Origin: Octopus sinensis
Lineage: Eukaryota
DNA length: 64,000 nt
Direction of reading: 5' to 3'
NCBI RefSeq assembly: GCF_006345805.1
Contig: NC_042997.1
Location: 39,804,001-39,868,000, forward strand
In this document: positions 1 through 11,805 of the stretch, one piece after another
Numbering within the stretch: position 1 is the stretch's first letter
Layout: every line of letters begins with the position of its first letter
Notes under the pieces: model-generated
The model's database searches: none
Seen by the model: the letters and a program-made list of their open reading frames with translations, nothing else
What the model was told of the DNA's origin: nothing
Translations under genes and position numbers: made by a program

Positions 1-248
1 CATCATCATCATCGTTTAATGTCTGTTTTCCACGCTAGCATGGGTTGGACGGTTTGACTGGGGTCTGGGAAGCCAGAAGGCTGCATCAGGCTCCAGTCTG
101 ATCTGGCAGTGTTTCTACAGCTGGATGCCCTTCCTAACGCCAACCACTCCATGAGTGTAGTGGGTGCTTTTTACATTCCACCGGCACAGGGGCCAGAGGA
201 GGCTGGCAAACGGCCACGATCAGTTGGTGCTTTTTACATGTCACTGAC
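1..248 (-). mobile_element. 5'-truncated RTE LINE 3' UTR fragment
   Basis: (CAT)n followed by the reverse complement of the 3' UTR that follows the RTE ORF at 50250-50840 (ggcgttaggaagggcatccagctgtagaaac...catggaaagcggacgttaaac(gat)n). Confidence 0.85.
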
Positions 249-1170
249 ACACACACACACACACACACACATACATCCATATATATATGAAAGCATGCAT
301 ATAATTTATGTATGATACACACACAAACACATTTTTTTAGAATTATTTTAGAAATATACACACCTTTTAACAGATGTCAGTTGAATCACTTTGGATTTTT
401 GTTAAATAAATGCAATACTGAGTTCCTGTAATCCTTTTTATTATACTTTTCATAGTTTTATACAACTGCAGCTTATTCTCAGATATTCTACTCAATTGTA
501 TCTGTTACAATTCTGTTACTCATGAAGAGGATAACTTTCATCAGCGTTTTTTCTTTTATATTTTTCACATCTTCATCTTTTTGGTTTCTGAATCCAATGT
601 ATATACAGATCAAGGAGAAAGAAAGTGTGAATGATGTCATGTTAGTATTACAAGAGATTGGTAACTTATTAACATGGATATAACAAGATGGAAGAGAGAT
701 TTACATGCTCACTTGTTCTTATGCATTTGGTTTCCCGTCTGTACCCACATTGCTACTTTATCAGGATGGTTCTTGTTATAAACAGAATCCCCAATTATAA
801 AAAAAAAAGAAGAAATTTTCTGCATAGAACATCTATGTTTTGATGACTGATTGAATACATTGGCTTAAAGGATAAAAGTACTCCAGTACTTTGGTAATGT
901 CAATGTTTTGTGGTTATGCAAATAATATTTCCCAGGATTTTCAACATCTGATTCAGGAATAAATCTAAAAAAAAAAAAGAAAGAAAAGACAAGAAACACA
1001 CAGAGGCATTGATTCATGTGAAAAAGACAGAAAGCATATGGATTTTGAAAATGTAATATTCAAATTTCTTCTTCACATTTCTTAAGCTGTTACTTTCTAA
1101 TGTGTGTACATCATTCCTGTATAATAATAATATCTAGTCTTTTTAAACTGACGTTTCAAATATGCATTAC

Positions 1171-1445
1171 ATCATCATCATCATCATCATCATCGTTTAA
1201 CGTCCGCTTTCCATGCTAGCATGGGTTGGACGGTTCGACCGGGGTCTGGGAAGCCAGGAGGCTGCACCAGGCTCCAGTCTGATCTGGCAGTGTTTCTACA
1301 GCTGGATGCCCTTCCTAACGCCAACCACTCCGCGAGTGTAGTGGGTGCTTTTTACGTGCCACCTGCACAGGTGCCAGGGGAGTCCGGCATCGGCCATGAT
1401 CGGCTGGTGCTTTTAACGTGCCACCGGCACGGAAGCCGGTCAAGG
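1171..1445 (-). mobile_element. 5'-truncated RTE LINE 3' UTR fragment
   Basis: Same (CAT)n-tailed sequence, including the gtgctttttacgtgccacc modules. Confidence 0.85.
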
Positions 1446-1642
1446 CTGAAAAATTTATTGTTTTATGTATATTTTCCATTGCAGAAAGAAAATATAAACC
1501 CTTCTACAAAAGACCAAAGTACAATATTTTGTTTTCTTCCTTAATGCCTTTGATATTGCTCTTTTGTGTAAAAGTCAAAATAATTAACCTTGAATTACTG
1601 AAAAAAAAAGGAACAAAAAACAAATTTCAGATACAAGATATA

Positions 1643-2052
1643 GGCGCAGGAGTGGCTGTGTGGTAAGTAGCTTGCTAATCAACCACATGGTTCCGGGTTC
1701 AGTCCCACTGCGTGGCATCTTGGGCAAGTGTCTTCTGCTATAACCTCGGGCCAACCAAAGCCTTGTGAGTGGATTTTGTAGACGGAAACTGAAAGAAGCC
1801 TGTTGTATATATGTATATATATATGTGTGTGTATGTGTTTGTGTGTCTGTGTTTGTCCCCCTAGCGTTGCTTGACAACCGATGCTGGTGTGTTTACGTCC
1901 CCGTCACTTAGCGGTTCGGTAAAAGAGACCGATAGAATAAGTACTGGGCTTACAAAGAATAAGTCCTGGGGGTCGATTTGCTCGACTAAAGGCGGTGCTC
2001 CAGCATGGCCACAGTCAAATGACTGAAACAAGTAAAAGAGTAAAAGAGAGAG
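1643..2052 (+). mobile_element. tRNA-derived SINE, family B (full length)
   Basis: A box TGGCTGTGTGG, B box GGTTCAGTCCC, internal (TA)n(TG)n and a (GTAAAAGA)n tail. More than 12 copies in the window. Confidence 0.9.
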
Positions 2053-2392
2053 TAAGTTTAGTCCTTTAGTGTTCAGATTAATCAGTCAAATATAATGCTT
2101 ATTTATTCACATTATTTTGAATCAATCACACATGATCTTGTAGCTTTGCGATTTCAATTATGTGATTGTTTATTTTCAGACTAACTTTCATTGTCGGGTA
2201 GATGTGAGAGGCTGGATCTATGTTTGAACACAGAACAAGTAGAATATTTTGGTTGGATATGGTCAGTTTAAAAGCTACATGATTAAATAAAAAAATACAA
2301 TTCAAATATATGTTATGTTTTTTTGTTATTCATCAGAGCATGACACTTTGCATGTTCCTTGAGACTCGAACTGGTTATATCATTCTTTTTTG

Positions 2393-2605
2393 GCAAGGTG
2401 GATGAACTGTTAGCACATTGGGCTTGAAGCTTAGCAGCATTTTGTCTGTCTCTATGTTCTGAGTTCAAATTCCACCAAGGTTGACTTTGCCTTTCATTCT
2501 TTCAGGATCAATAAAATAAATACCAGTTGAGAACTGGGGTCAGTGTAATTGACTCACCCCTCTCCCCAAAACTGCTGGTCTTGTGCCAAAATTCGAAACC
2601 AATAT
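2393..2605 (+). mobile_element. tRNA-derived SINE, family C (diverged)
   Basis: B box GAGTTCAAATTC followed by gactttgcctttcat...gataaa...taccag (MetaSINE-like central domain). Confidence 0.75.
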
Positions 2606-2738
2606 ATTTTAACCCTATAGATACCAACCTGCCCGAGACTACACTGATTCTCTGATACAGACTTCTAGTTCTTAAGTGGTTTAAATTAATACCTTCCATC
2701 AAAATTTTATGCTAATTTATATTTCAAACATAAGCTTA

Positions 2739-3147
2739 GATGCAGGAGTGGCTGTGTGGTAAGTAGCTTGCTAACCAGCCACATGGTTCCGGGTTCAGTT
2801 CCACTGCGTGGCACCTTGAGCAAGTGTCTTCTACTATAGCCTCGGGCCGACCAAAGCCTTGTGAGTAGATTTGGTAGACAGAAACTGAAAGAAGCCCGTC
2901 GTATATATGTATATATATATATGTGTGTGTGTGTTTGTGTGTCTGTGTTTGTCCCCCTAGCATTGCTTGACAACCGATGCTGGTGTGTTTATGTCCCTGT
3001 TACTTAGCAGTTCGGCAAACAAGACCGATAGAATAAGTACTGGGCTTACAAAAAAGAATAAGTCCCGGGGTCGATTTGCTCAATTAAAGGCAGTGCTCCA
3101 GCATGGCCACAGTCAAATGACTGAAACAAGTAAAAGAGTAAAGAGAG
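2739..3147 (+). mobile_element. SINE family B
   Basis: Near-identical to 1643-2052. Inserted in a TTAA-MITE remnant. Confidence 0.9.
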
Positions 3148-4046
3148 TTAGTAATGACAAAGATATTTTACTAAATTTTTCATTGCTTCATTATCAATTG
3201 AAACAGAGGCAGAATATTTCAACAGAACTATGGTAACAGAAGGCTTAATGAAATTATTGTTGACAACTAATACAGGTTTTGTATTAGTAAATGCCTTACT
3301 ATCCTATTAAAAGTTGTTCTTTCACAGCTGTTAGCTTATACATCAATGTTCCTCAGGAAGAATTCAACAACGTATTGGTAGCACAGTTAACAGCACTCAA
3401 TACCTTCTGTGCCATCATTGGTCTTGAGGAGTGGGTGTTGTCTGTGGGTACAGCATGGATGATTTTAGACAAAAGTCCTCTACTCTTCCTAATAAGTATA
3501 CAACTATGTCTGATAAAAGACTGGTATTAAGGATTCCATTTAGCTATTTGATGCTGTAGGTAGTTTTCGAGTTTGTTGCTGAAAATACCACAATAACTAT
3601 GGCATATTGTGTACATCCAGCAGCTCAGAATCACAGTTCTGTACTATGCACACACATGCACACAAACACACACACACACAAACACACACACACATGCACT
3701 CACACACATACATGCACTCATACATTTATGTCAACACAGAAATAGTTACATACACACACACACATGCCAATGCAGATCAACTCCAGTCCCCTTGGATTCT
3801 GTTATATACCTATATACATGCATGTGTGTGGGTGTGTGCACCTGTATGCATAGATTATGCAACACACAAACATATATATATATATGACATTTTTAATTGT
3901 CACTTCAAGATAGTTGTTTTATATGACCCCAACAGGATTATCTATTTTTAGGTTCTTTTTCTTGATATTATGTTTATATAAAAGCAAAACACAGATGGTT
4001 AAAGCAGTAGGTAGAACTCTAGACTGGTTCCTGTATTTATATATAC

Positions 4047-5480
4047 AGGAGTTGCACAAAATAATGCAGACACTTTCTTAAATAGAAGTTTTATTATTAA
4101 ATACGAAGTTAAGGCGGCAAGCTGGCAGAATCGTTAGTATGAAACACTTAGTTGTATTTCACCTGTTGCTTCCGTTCTGAGTTCAAATTTTGCTGAAGTC
4201 AACTTTGTCTTTTCATCCTTTCGGGGCTGATGAATTAAGTACCAGTGAAATACTGGGGTCAATGTAATCGACTAGATCCCTCCCCTCAATTCTGTACTAT
4301 GCACACACAAGCACACATGCACTCACACACATACATGCACTCATACACATATGCCAACACTGAAATAGTCACACTCACGCACACACACACACACACACAA
4401 ATACATGCCAATGTTGATCAACTCCAGTCCCCTTGTGCCTATAGTAGAAAGGATTATTAAATACAAAGTTGGTCCACCTTTGGCATCAGTTACAACCTTA
4501 ATATGTCATGGCATTGATTCATACAGGTTTTGAACATTTGTTAGAAGAACTTTGAGCCACTCTTCAAGTAAAACCTGCTATAAGCTCTTTCAGTAATGAT
4601 GATGGAGGGAAGTAACACCTCACTTGTTGCCGGAAAATGTACCAAAAATCTTTGGTTTTATTGAAATTTAGTGATTCTAGGAGTGAAGGGAAATGGTCTA
4701 CTTCACTTTTGTACATTTTGTATCAGTTTTTAATAACATTAACCATGTGAATCATAGTATTATTGCCCAGGAAGATTGTACAAACAGCAAGGGACAATGT
4801 TTGTACTATAGGATGGCTAGGATCAGCCAAGACATTCAGATAGCATTTGATGTTAACTCTGCCATAAGGAACAACTAAAAGGCCAAGAGAATTATAAGAT
4901 ATGGCAGTCCAAATAATCACAGTTCTGTCTCCATACTTCACAACAGAAGCCAAACAGTCAGAAATGAAGGCATTTTGGGGGCTCTCTAGATATAACCTGA
5001 TCCCAAAGCAGGAAAGAAGTTGAACGATGATTTATAACAGACAATGACAATGTTCCTTTGAACAATTGTTCACTTCTGATAATCTGGACACCATTTTTTC
5101 CACTTATCAATTTTGATAGGGGATTGGAAAGGTTTAGAAATTGCAGTCTCTAATGACATCCAGTTTTATGTAGCTTATGGTGAACAGTTTTGGTTGACAC
5201 AGTGTTGGCAAAGTGGTTGTTCTACTCTGTTGTCATTTTGAAGCTGAGTCAGATAGTTTCTAGATACATTCTGTGGTCCCTCTCTGTGAACTTTGCCTTC
5301 TGTCCAGAATTATGCCTGCCAGAACTGGTTTTTACTTTAGTCTTAGAATGCCAACATGATTTTAGTGATTGTACTTCTTGAAACATTAAACAATTCTACA
5401 GTTTTAGTGACTGAAGCTCCAACCATTTGTGCTCCAATAATTTGTCCTCTATGGTAATCTGGTAGGTCATGCATTTTAAC
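4047..5480 (-). mobile_element. Decayed Tc1-family transposon
   Basis: ORF 4723-4953 (VKYGDRTVIIWTAISYNSLGLLVVPYGRVNIKCYLNVL...IFLGNN...H) follows the Tc1 DDE pattern VKHGGGSVMVWG...Y..IL...FQQDNAP.H. TA-CAGGAGTTGCACAAAATAATG is a TIR-like end at ~4045. Confidence 0.75.
4111..4452 (+). mobile_element. SINE family C carrying a captured local segment
   Basis: Head ggcggcaagctggcagaa, B box, 18-bp TSD attattaaatac(g/a)aagtt at 4093-4110 and 4453-4470. Segment 4290-4435 is a copy of 3637-3794. Confidence 0.85.
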
Positions 5481-5488
5481 TTACTTAA

Positions 5489-5708
5489 CCCTTTCATTAC
5501 CAGCCCTACTGAAACTAGCTCTGGATCTGAATACAAAGGTCTTGTTTTCAGAAGTTTTGAATTAAAATCTTCCACCAAACCTTAGTCACAATTTATGTTC
5601 CTAACACTAGCTGAATGATAACTAAGTTGTTTTACTAAATTCTTTGTTATATTTAAATTAATTGGAAGAAACACAGAACATCTCAAAATAAATACGGTAA
5701 TGAAAGGG
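5489..5708. mobile_element. TTAA-flanked MITE (piggyBac-like)
   Basis: TTAA|CCCTTTCATTAC...GTAATGAAAGGG|TTAA. Related copies at ~17045-17245, 18294-18499, ~60460-60660 and ~2610-2735. Confidence 0.8.
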
Positions 5709-5749
5709 TTAAATATAAATGCCTGCAAAAAAGAATGAAGAAAAACTGA

Positions 5750-6155
5750 GGGCTGTATCATGAAGTACAAGGCATACATAATACACATGAACCCATATAC
5801 ATAGACTCCAAATTTGCCATCAAGATGTAGGACAAGATACTGTGATAGCCTGGGCTTCCGAGGCCCACAGCTCTTCAATATCCTCCCGAAGAACCTAAGA
5901 GACCTGCATGGGGTGGATGCAGATGTCTTTAAAATAAAACAGGATCTCTTCTTGTCAGGTGTCCCAGATGAACCAACTTCACGGCAGGAGGTGCAGATGA
6001 GGGCAGCTGCATCGAACTCTCTCATGCACCAGATGGCATTTGCTAAAAAGCATTCGCTAAGTAAAATCATGTAGCAACACCAAATGGCAGTGCCCCAGCA
6101 TGGCCACAGCTTGTGAGCTGAAACTAGATAAAAAAAAAAAATAAAATAAAAATAG
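5750..6155 (+). mobile_element. CR1/L2-group LINE 3' end
   Basis: ORF 5814-6074 (SLGFRGPQLFNILPKNLRD...VFK..D.FL..VPDEP) resembles the ORF2 C-terminus of CR1-like LINEs. A short UTR and A-rich (TAAAA)n tail follow. Confidence 0.7.
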
Positions 6156-6649
6156 AGTTGAACAGTTTTGAACAGTTAAATAAAAAAAATGCTGTTTCCA
6201 GTCCAACCACTGTACACACACACACACACACAGAATATACTCACACTCACCCACCGCTCTATTACTCCATTCTCTTCCACCCTTATTATACCCCCTCCAC
6301 CACCATCTCATTTGTTATGCCCATCTTGGTGTTCTACCAAGCACCACACTTTCTCCTGGATTACCCCTGTTGCCACCCAACACCCCATCTTTCCTTTATC
6401 TCACTACTTGCCTTTACACCCCTAGAGTACCCACAACTTTTCTTTCTTCCACTGTGATTGCTGCACTACCCAGCGTTTCTTCTACCCCCTCTCTATCTTA
6501 CTGACACCTCTGCCCTTCCCCACCTTCTATGGTTCAGGGTGTGGCATTCACACTCTGTTCTTCTCCTTCCCTCTACCTCTGTTGTACCTTCCAGGCCTCT
6601 TTTCCCTTCATCACTCTCTCACTGCACTCATTCACTGCTGTTTATTCTT

Positions 6650-7052
6650 TCATTCTTTTATTCTTGTTTCAGTCATATGACTGCGGCCATGCTGGAGCAC
6701 CACCTTGAAAGGTTTCAGTCGAACAAATCAACCCCAGGTCTTATGTTTATTTTTAAGCCTAATACTCATTCAATTAGTCTCTTTTTGCTGAACCACTAAG
6801 TTGTGGGAATGTAAAACATGCCAACACCTGTTGTCAAGTGGTGATGGATGGGGGTGGGGGACAAACACAAACACAAAGACACACACACACATGCACACAC
6901 ACAGCGAGCTTCTTTCAGTTTCCGTCTAACAAGTCCATTCACAAGGATTTTGATTGGGCCCAGGCTGTAGTAGAAAACACTTGCTCAAAGTGCCACATAG
7001 TGGGACTGAAAATGGGGGCCATGTGGTTGAGAAGCGCCACACAACCTCTGCT
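6650..7052 (-). mobile_element. SINE family B (diverged)
   Basis: Reverse complement of family B, from the cttgtttcagtca tail to the head remnant. Confidence 0.75.
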
Positions 7053-7261
7053 TCATTTTCTCTCACTGTCCATTCCCCACAGCTTCTCTGTCTCCTCAAC
7101 ACCTTTTCTTATCAATCCCTTTCCTCCTCTCTGGCTTACCTTCATAAATCACTTACCTTGCTTTCCTTCAATGACTCACAAAGAGTTTCTTTCAATCACA
7201 GTTTATTGTATCCTTCCTTCCCCTTTTCCCACGCATCTTTCATCTATACTCATCATCATAA

Positions 7262-7490
7262 GGCGGCGAGCTGGCAGAAACGTTAGCATGCCGGGCGAAA
7301 TGCTTAGCGGTATTTCGTCTGTCATTACATTCTGAGTTCAAATTCCGCCGAGGTTGACTTTGCCTTTCATCCTTTCAGGGTCGATAAATAAAGTACCAGT
7401 TTCGCGCTGCGGTCGATGTAATCAACTTAATTCCTTTGTCTGTCCTTGTTTGTCCCCTCTATGTTTAGCCCCTTGTGAGCAGTAAAGAAA
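7262..7490 (+). mobile_element. SINE family C (full length)
   Basis: A/B boxes and Meta-like domain. TSD tatactcatcatcataa on both sides. Confidence 0.9.
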
Positions 7491-7661
7491 TATATACTCA
7501 TCATCATAATGTACGTTAGTTCTAGAACCCTCTGCTCAACACACATCATCAATTTTCTACTAATACCTTTACCTGACACTAATACCTTTACTTCTCCTAT
7601 CCCCACCATACTCCCTCCTCCAATTAGCATCTAATTTCATTACTGTCTCTAATACCACCCA

Positions 7662-8050
7662 TCTATAATAATAAACGCAAAATTCTGTCTGTCTGTCCGT
7701 CCAGGACCCCTATATCTTAGTCTACATTTGCTCTACCCTTTTGGAATCAGGATGATCCCAAGATTGAAAATCTGTCCTTCATTTGGTTCTTGAACATCCA
7801 GCATTGGGATCAGGTTTGGATGAGTATTTGTTATATGCTAACAGTTGAGAATTCAAATTTTCAAAAGAACTCCCAAAACTTGTGAACTTGCAAGGTTTTC
7901 ATTTAAACAGAATTTAAAGTAATAGCATATTAGTAGGGTACCAATAAATGCTTTATTATTGTTGCTTTCTTTAATTTTGGGCCATAGGCTCAATTAGCCC
8001 TTTGCAGGAGCTAGCTTATAAGTCTGCGCAGAGTGCAGCATTTAAGCTAG
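7662..8050 (+). mobile_element. Non-autonomous Helitron-like element
   Basis: A|TC start, (TCTG)n near the 5' end, subterminal hairpin CTGCGC-AGA-GTGCAG and CTAG|T end. Confidence 0.6.
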
Positions 8051-8394
8051 TCACAACTATTAATCTGTTCCTCTCATCTTACTCTCCATCATCACCTCAC
8101 ATAGAATCATCATATCCTCCCTCTCTCTCCTCTGTTCCTCCTCAGTTATAGAAATCACCTTAGATAGTAAGTCTTGCAAGTGACATGGTGATCACAACAA
8201 GTGCTGGTGCTATGAAACGTCATGGAGTAAAGTAGCTGGTGTTAGGAAGGGCATCCAATGATAGAAGCCAGACCAAAGCACACGTTAGGGCATGATGCAA
8301 ATCCTTCTACTTGTCAGACCCTGTTAAACAATCCAACCCATGACAACATTAAGGTGAACGTTAAATGATGATAAATTGTATGTATGTACTACAT

Positions 8395-8655
8395 TCATAC
8401 ATACATACATACATACATACATACATACATGCATACATACATACATACATACATACATGCATACATACATACATACATACATACATGCATACATACATAC
8501 ATATATACATACACACACACATACATACATACATATATACATACATGCATGCATGCATACATGCATACATGCATACATACATACATACATACATACATAC
8601 ATACATACATACATGCATGCATACATACATACATACATACATACATACATACATA
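8395..8655. repeat. (TACA)n/(TGCA) microsatellite
   Basis: Long tetranucleotide array between two RTE-tail remnants. (CA)n and (CAGACA)n tracts follow to ~9225. Confidence 0.95.
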
Positions 8656-8742
8656 GTCCAACTCATGCCAGCATGGAAAGCGGACGTTAAAGGATGACAA
8701 CGATAATGATGATGATAATATACATGTATGTACACACACATA

Positions 8743-8787
<45 letters not shown>

Positions 8788-9254
8788 TTTGCTCTTTTGA
8801 TTAACGTTTAACATCTGTTTTTCCATGTCAGTGCGGAAATGTAAATATATCACCATTTCATCCAAGCAGAGCTGCTTGATGTCAACAAGCACACACATTT
8901 GAACACACACACACACATACACAGATAGAAACATAAATACACGCCTACATACATGCATACATGCATAGCATCAGTAACAGATCTGTAGCCAGTGATTGAG
9001 CCTCTTTATCTTGATGGTTATATGTATACACACATACACACAGACACACAGACACAGAGACACACACACAAACACAGAGACACACACACAAACACAGACA
9101 CACACACACATACACACAGACATGCACACATACACAGAGACACACAGACACAGAGAAATACACACATGCACACACATACACACAGACACACACACATACA
9201 CACAGACGCACACACATACACATATAGCGGACGTTAAATGATGATGATGATGAA

Positions 9255-10180
9255 GATATATTGTTGGCTCCAGCTCGTATCCAAGCATTGGGTTCGTCAG
9301 TTTCCATCCAGTCTCCTCAGCTGATGTTTGTACCAAAAGTCACTTTGGAGTCCAAGACAGAGGTGAAAGAATTGTGGGCAGAGCGTGCACGGGATGATCG
9401 GTGCAGGTTGAGGATGTTTAAGGCACTCCTTTCTTCTTCTGCATTTTGCCTCCTCATTCTGTTGTCGGTTGTGCTTGAAGGAGCTGGCTCCATTGCAGGT
9501 AGCAGTCCTCCAGGCTGTCCTATCCTTTTCTAGGAGCTTCCGCTTGAGGGGTGGACTGCAGTAATCCTAAAGAGGCCAACCCAGTCACGAGTCTAGCTGC
9601 CCAACTCCAATGTTATGGCTATTCATTGGAGAGCGACCATCTGAGATTCGCTGCCAATGTGTGGTCATGGACTTCCAGCTTTCCAGACATGCCTCTGGAG
9701 CCCACAATACCATCGACATTGGGCTTTTTAAGACAGATTAGAAAGATGATGCCATTTGCTGAGTAAATTGTTTGAGGTGATTGTGGCTGTGCAATGGCCA
9801 TGTGCATGCACTTGACCAGGAACTTCTCCACTGCAGCTCAAGAATTGAGATGTGCAGTCTTGATGAGGCTGGTTGCAGTGAGCTGCCAGAGTCTATCTGC
9901 CTTTGTCACACCTGCCTGCCTGGTGTTGCCCTCTTCCACTGGAGTCATTCCTTGGGGGCTTGAGACAGCCCTCCTTTGCTTGCTCTGCCATTGGGGTCTT
10001 GATGCTGGTGTTGATTGTGTTTAGTCTGGGACCTCATCCTTGACCTTGCCACCATGGATGGCCCTACCAGGAGTCTAAAATTCCAGACAGTATCGTTCAC
10101 GGAATCATTGGAACCACAAGCTCTTCCACCACGGCTAGTGACGACCATTGGAAGAGGATACTTCCAAGGTATATCAGAAA
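9255..10180 (-). mobile_element. Decayed RTE-clade LINE fragment (second family)
   Basis: GC-richer, coding-like stretch with frameshifted ORF2 C-terminal remnants, ending against a (CAT)n-type tail. Confidence 0.5.
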
Positions 10181-10926
10181 GACTCTGTCCAGTTTCTGTT
10201 TATCAAATTCCCTAACAAAGCATTGTTTGGGATGAGGCTATTATAGTTGAAGATAATTTGTCAAGTTTCCATGCTGTGGGGAGAACTTGGATCCAATTAG
10301 TTGTGAAACAAACTTCTTAACCATACAGACATGCCTAAATCTCTCTATATATTAATATCAGGGATGTGCCACCTAGGTGAAGTAGCATCAGAGAAGCAGG
10401 CAGTGCCTTCCTTGAATAAAATAGATTGATAGCAACATTTTCCTTTTATGGCAAAATATGCACCTAATTCAATAAAATTATGAAGGTTACTCTGTTACTA
10501 TGCATAAATTGCAAAATACTTTATTTTTCTGTAGATTAGGTAGGCATAATTTGCCCCTGCTTTTCAATCCCAGTATTTAAGCTATGCATAGTACTACTGT
10601 AGTACACATGCTGCGTACACTCCTACAACACCATTTTCTTTACGTGCGATAAAGGCAGAAGTAAATCTGCCTTCAACTCAGTCATTCTCCTGTGTTTTGC
10701 TTATTTTGTGTGTTTTACTATATAAAGGTCACCAACTACCTATCCTGAGTAATTACTGATGGCACATACCTGATTAATATATACATATACACATATGCTA
10801 ATGTAGACCAATACCTGTAACCTTGGATTCTGTATTTACCTGCCTGCCTGCCTGCCTGCCAGCTTACTTACTTAGTTACCTACATACTTAATTTATGTTC
10901 TTTTTCTTATAATTGATTCAGTCATT

Positions 10927-11155
10927 AAGGTGGTGAGCTGGCAGAAACATTGGCATGCCAGGTGAAATGCCAGGTGAAATGCTTAGCGCTATTTTGTCAG
11001 TCTCTACGTTCTGAGTTCAAATTCCGCTGAGGTCGACTTTGATTTTCATCCTTTCAGGGTTGATAAATTAAGTACCAGTTGCGTACTGGGGTCGATCTAA
11101 TTGACTGACTCTCTCCTCCAAAATTTCAGGCCTTGTGCCTAGAGTGGAAAAGAAT
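10927..11155 (+). mobile_element. SINE family C
   Basis: Head with a duplicated atgccaggtgaa, B box and Meta-like domain. Immediately followed by a diverged family-B SINE on the minus strand (11155-11520). Confidence 0.85.
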
Positions 11156-11549
11156 TGTTTCAGTCATTAGACTACAACCATGCTAAGGCACCACCTTGGA
11201 GAATTTTTAGCCGAATGTATCAATACCAATACTTATGTTTTTAAGCTTAGTACTTATTCTATCAGTCTCTTATGTTAAACTGCTAAGTTACAGGGACGTT
11301 AACACACCAGCACTAGTTGGAGACAAATACAAAGGCATGCACACACACACACACACAATGGGCTTCTTTCAGTTTTCCATCTACCGAATCCACTCACAAG
11401 GCTTTAGTTGGCCTGAGGCTATAGTAGAAGGCACTTGCCTAAGGTGCCATGCTGTGGGACTGAACCTAGAACCATGTGGTTGGGAAGCAAGCTTCTTATC
11501 ATACAGCCAATGTCTATGTTTGCATATATATATATATATATATATATAT

Positions 11550-11805
11550 TCTGCCTTTAACCCTCCAACGCAGAGTATAGGCCGCTTATGGTTGAATTCC
11601 ATGTCGCATAATTTTTCGCTTCTGTACTTATACTCTGCCATGAATGTCCCCCTTTCTCTAGTTCCTTTTGTGTTGACCTCTGCCACGAGTTCTTAGGTCT
11701 ACCTTTCTTTCTATATCCATCAGGTTTCCTCTGTAAAGCACTTTTCGCTATATTTGGTGTGTCTTTTCTAATTGTGCTACCAATCCACTTCCACTTTTTC
11801 TTAAA
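11550..11805 (-). mobile_element. RTE LINE 3' fragment
   Basis: Minus-strand translation KKKWKWIGSTIRKDTPNIAKSALQRKPDGYRKKGRPK matches the RTE motif RW.WIGH.LR...I...AL.W.P.G.R..GRP. Confidence 0.75.

Noticed and set aside
1584-1877. Recurrent MSSNARGTNTDTQ / MLGGQTQT ORFs as a gene family
   Set aside because: Antisense frames of SINE family B.
3291-3530. Penelope RT remnant (SLYINVP motif)
   Set aside because: Only one short motif, too weak to annotate.
8324-9336. Long ORFs such as MYVCMYVC / HTYIHT (also 14924-15769)
   Set aside because: Translations of stop-free microsatellites.
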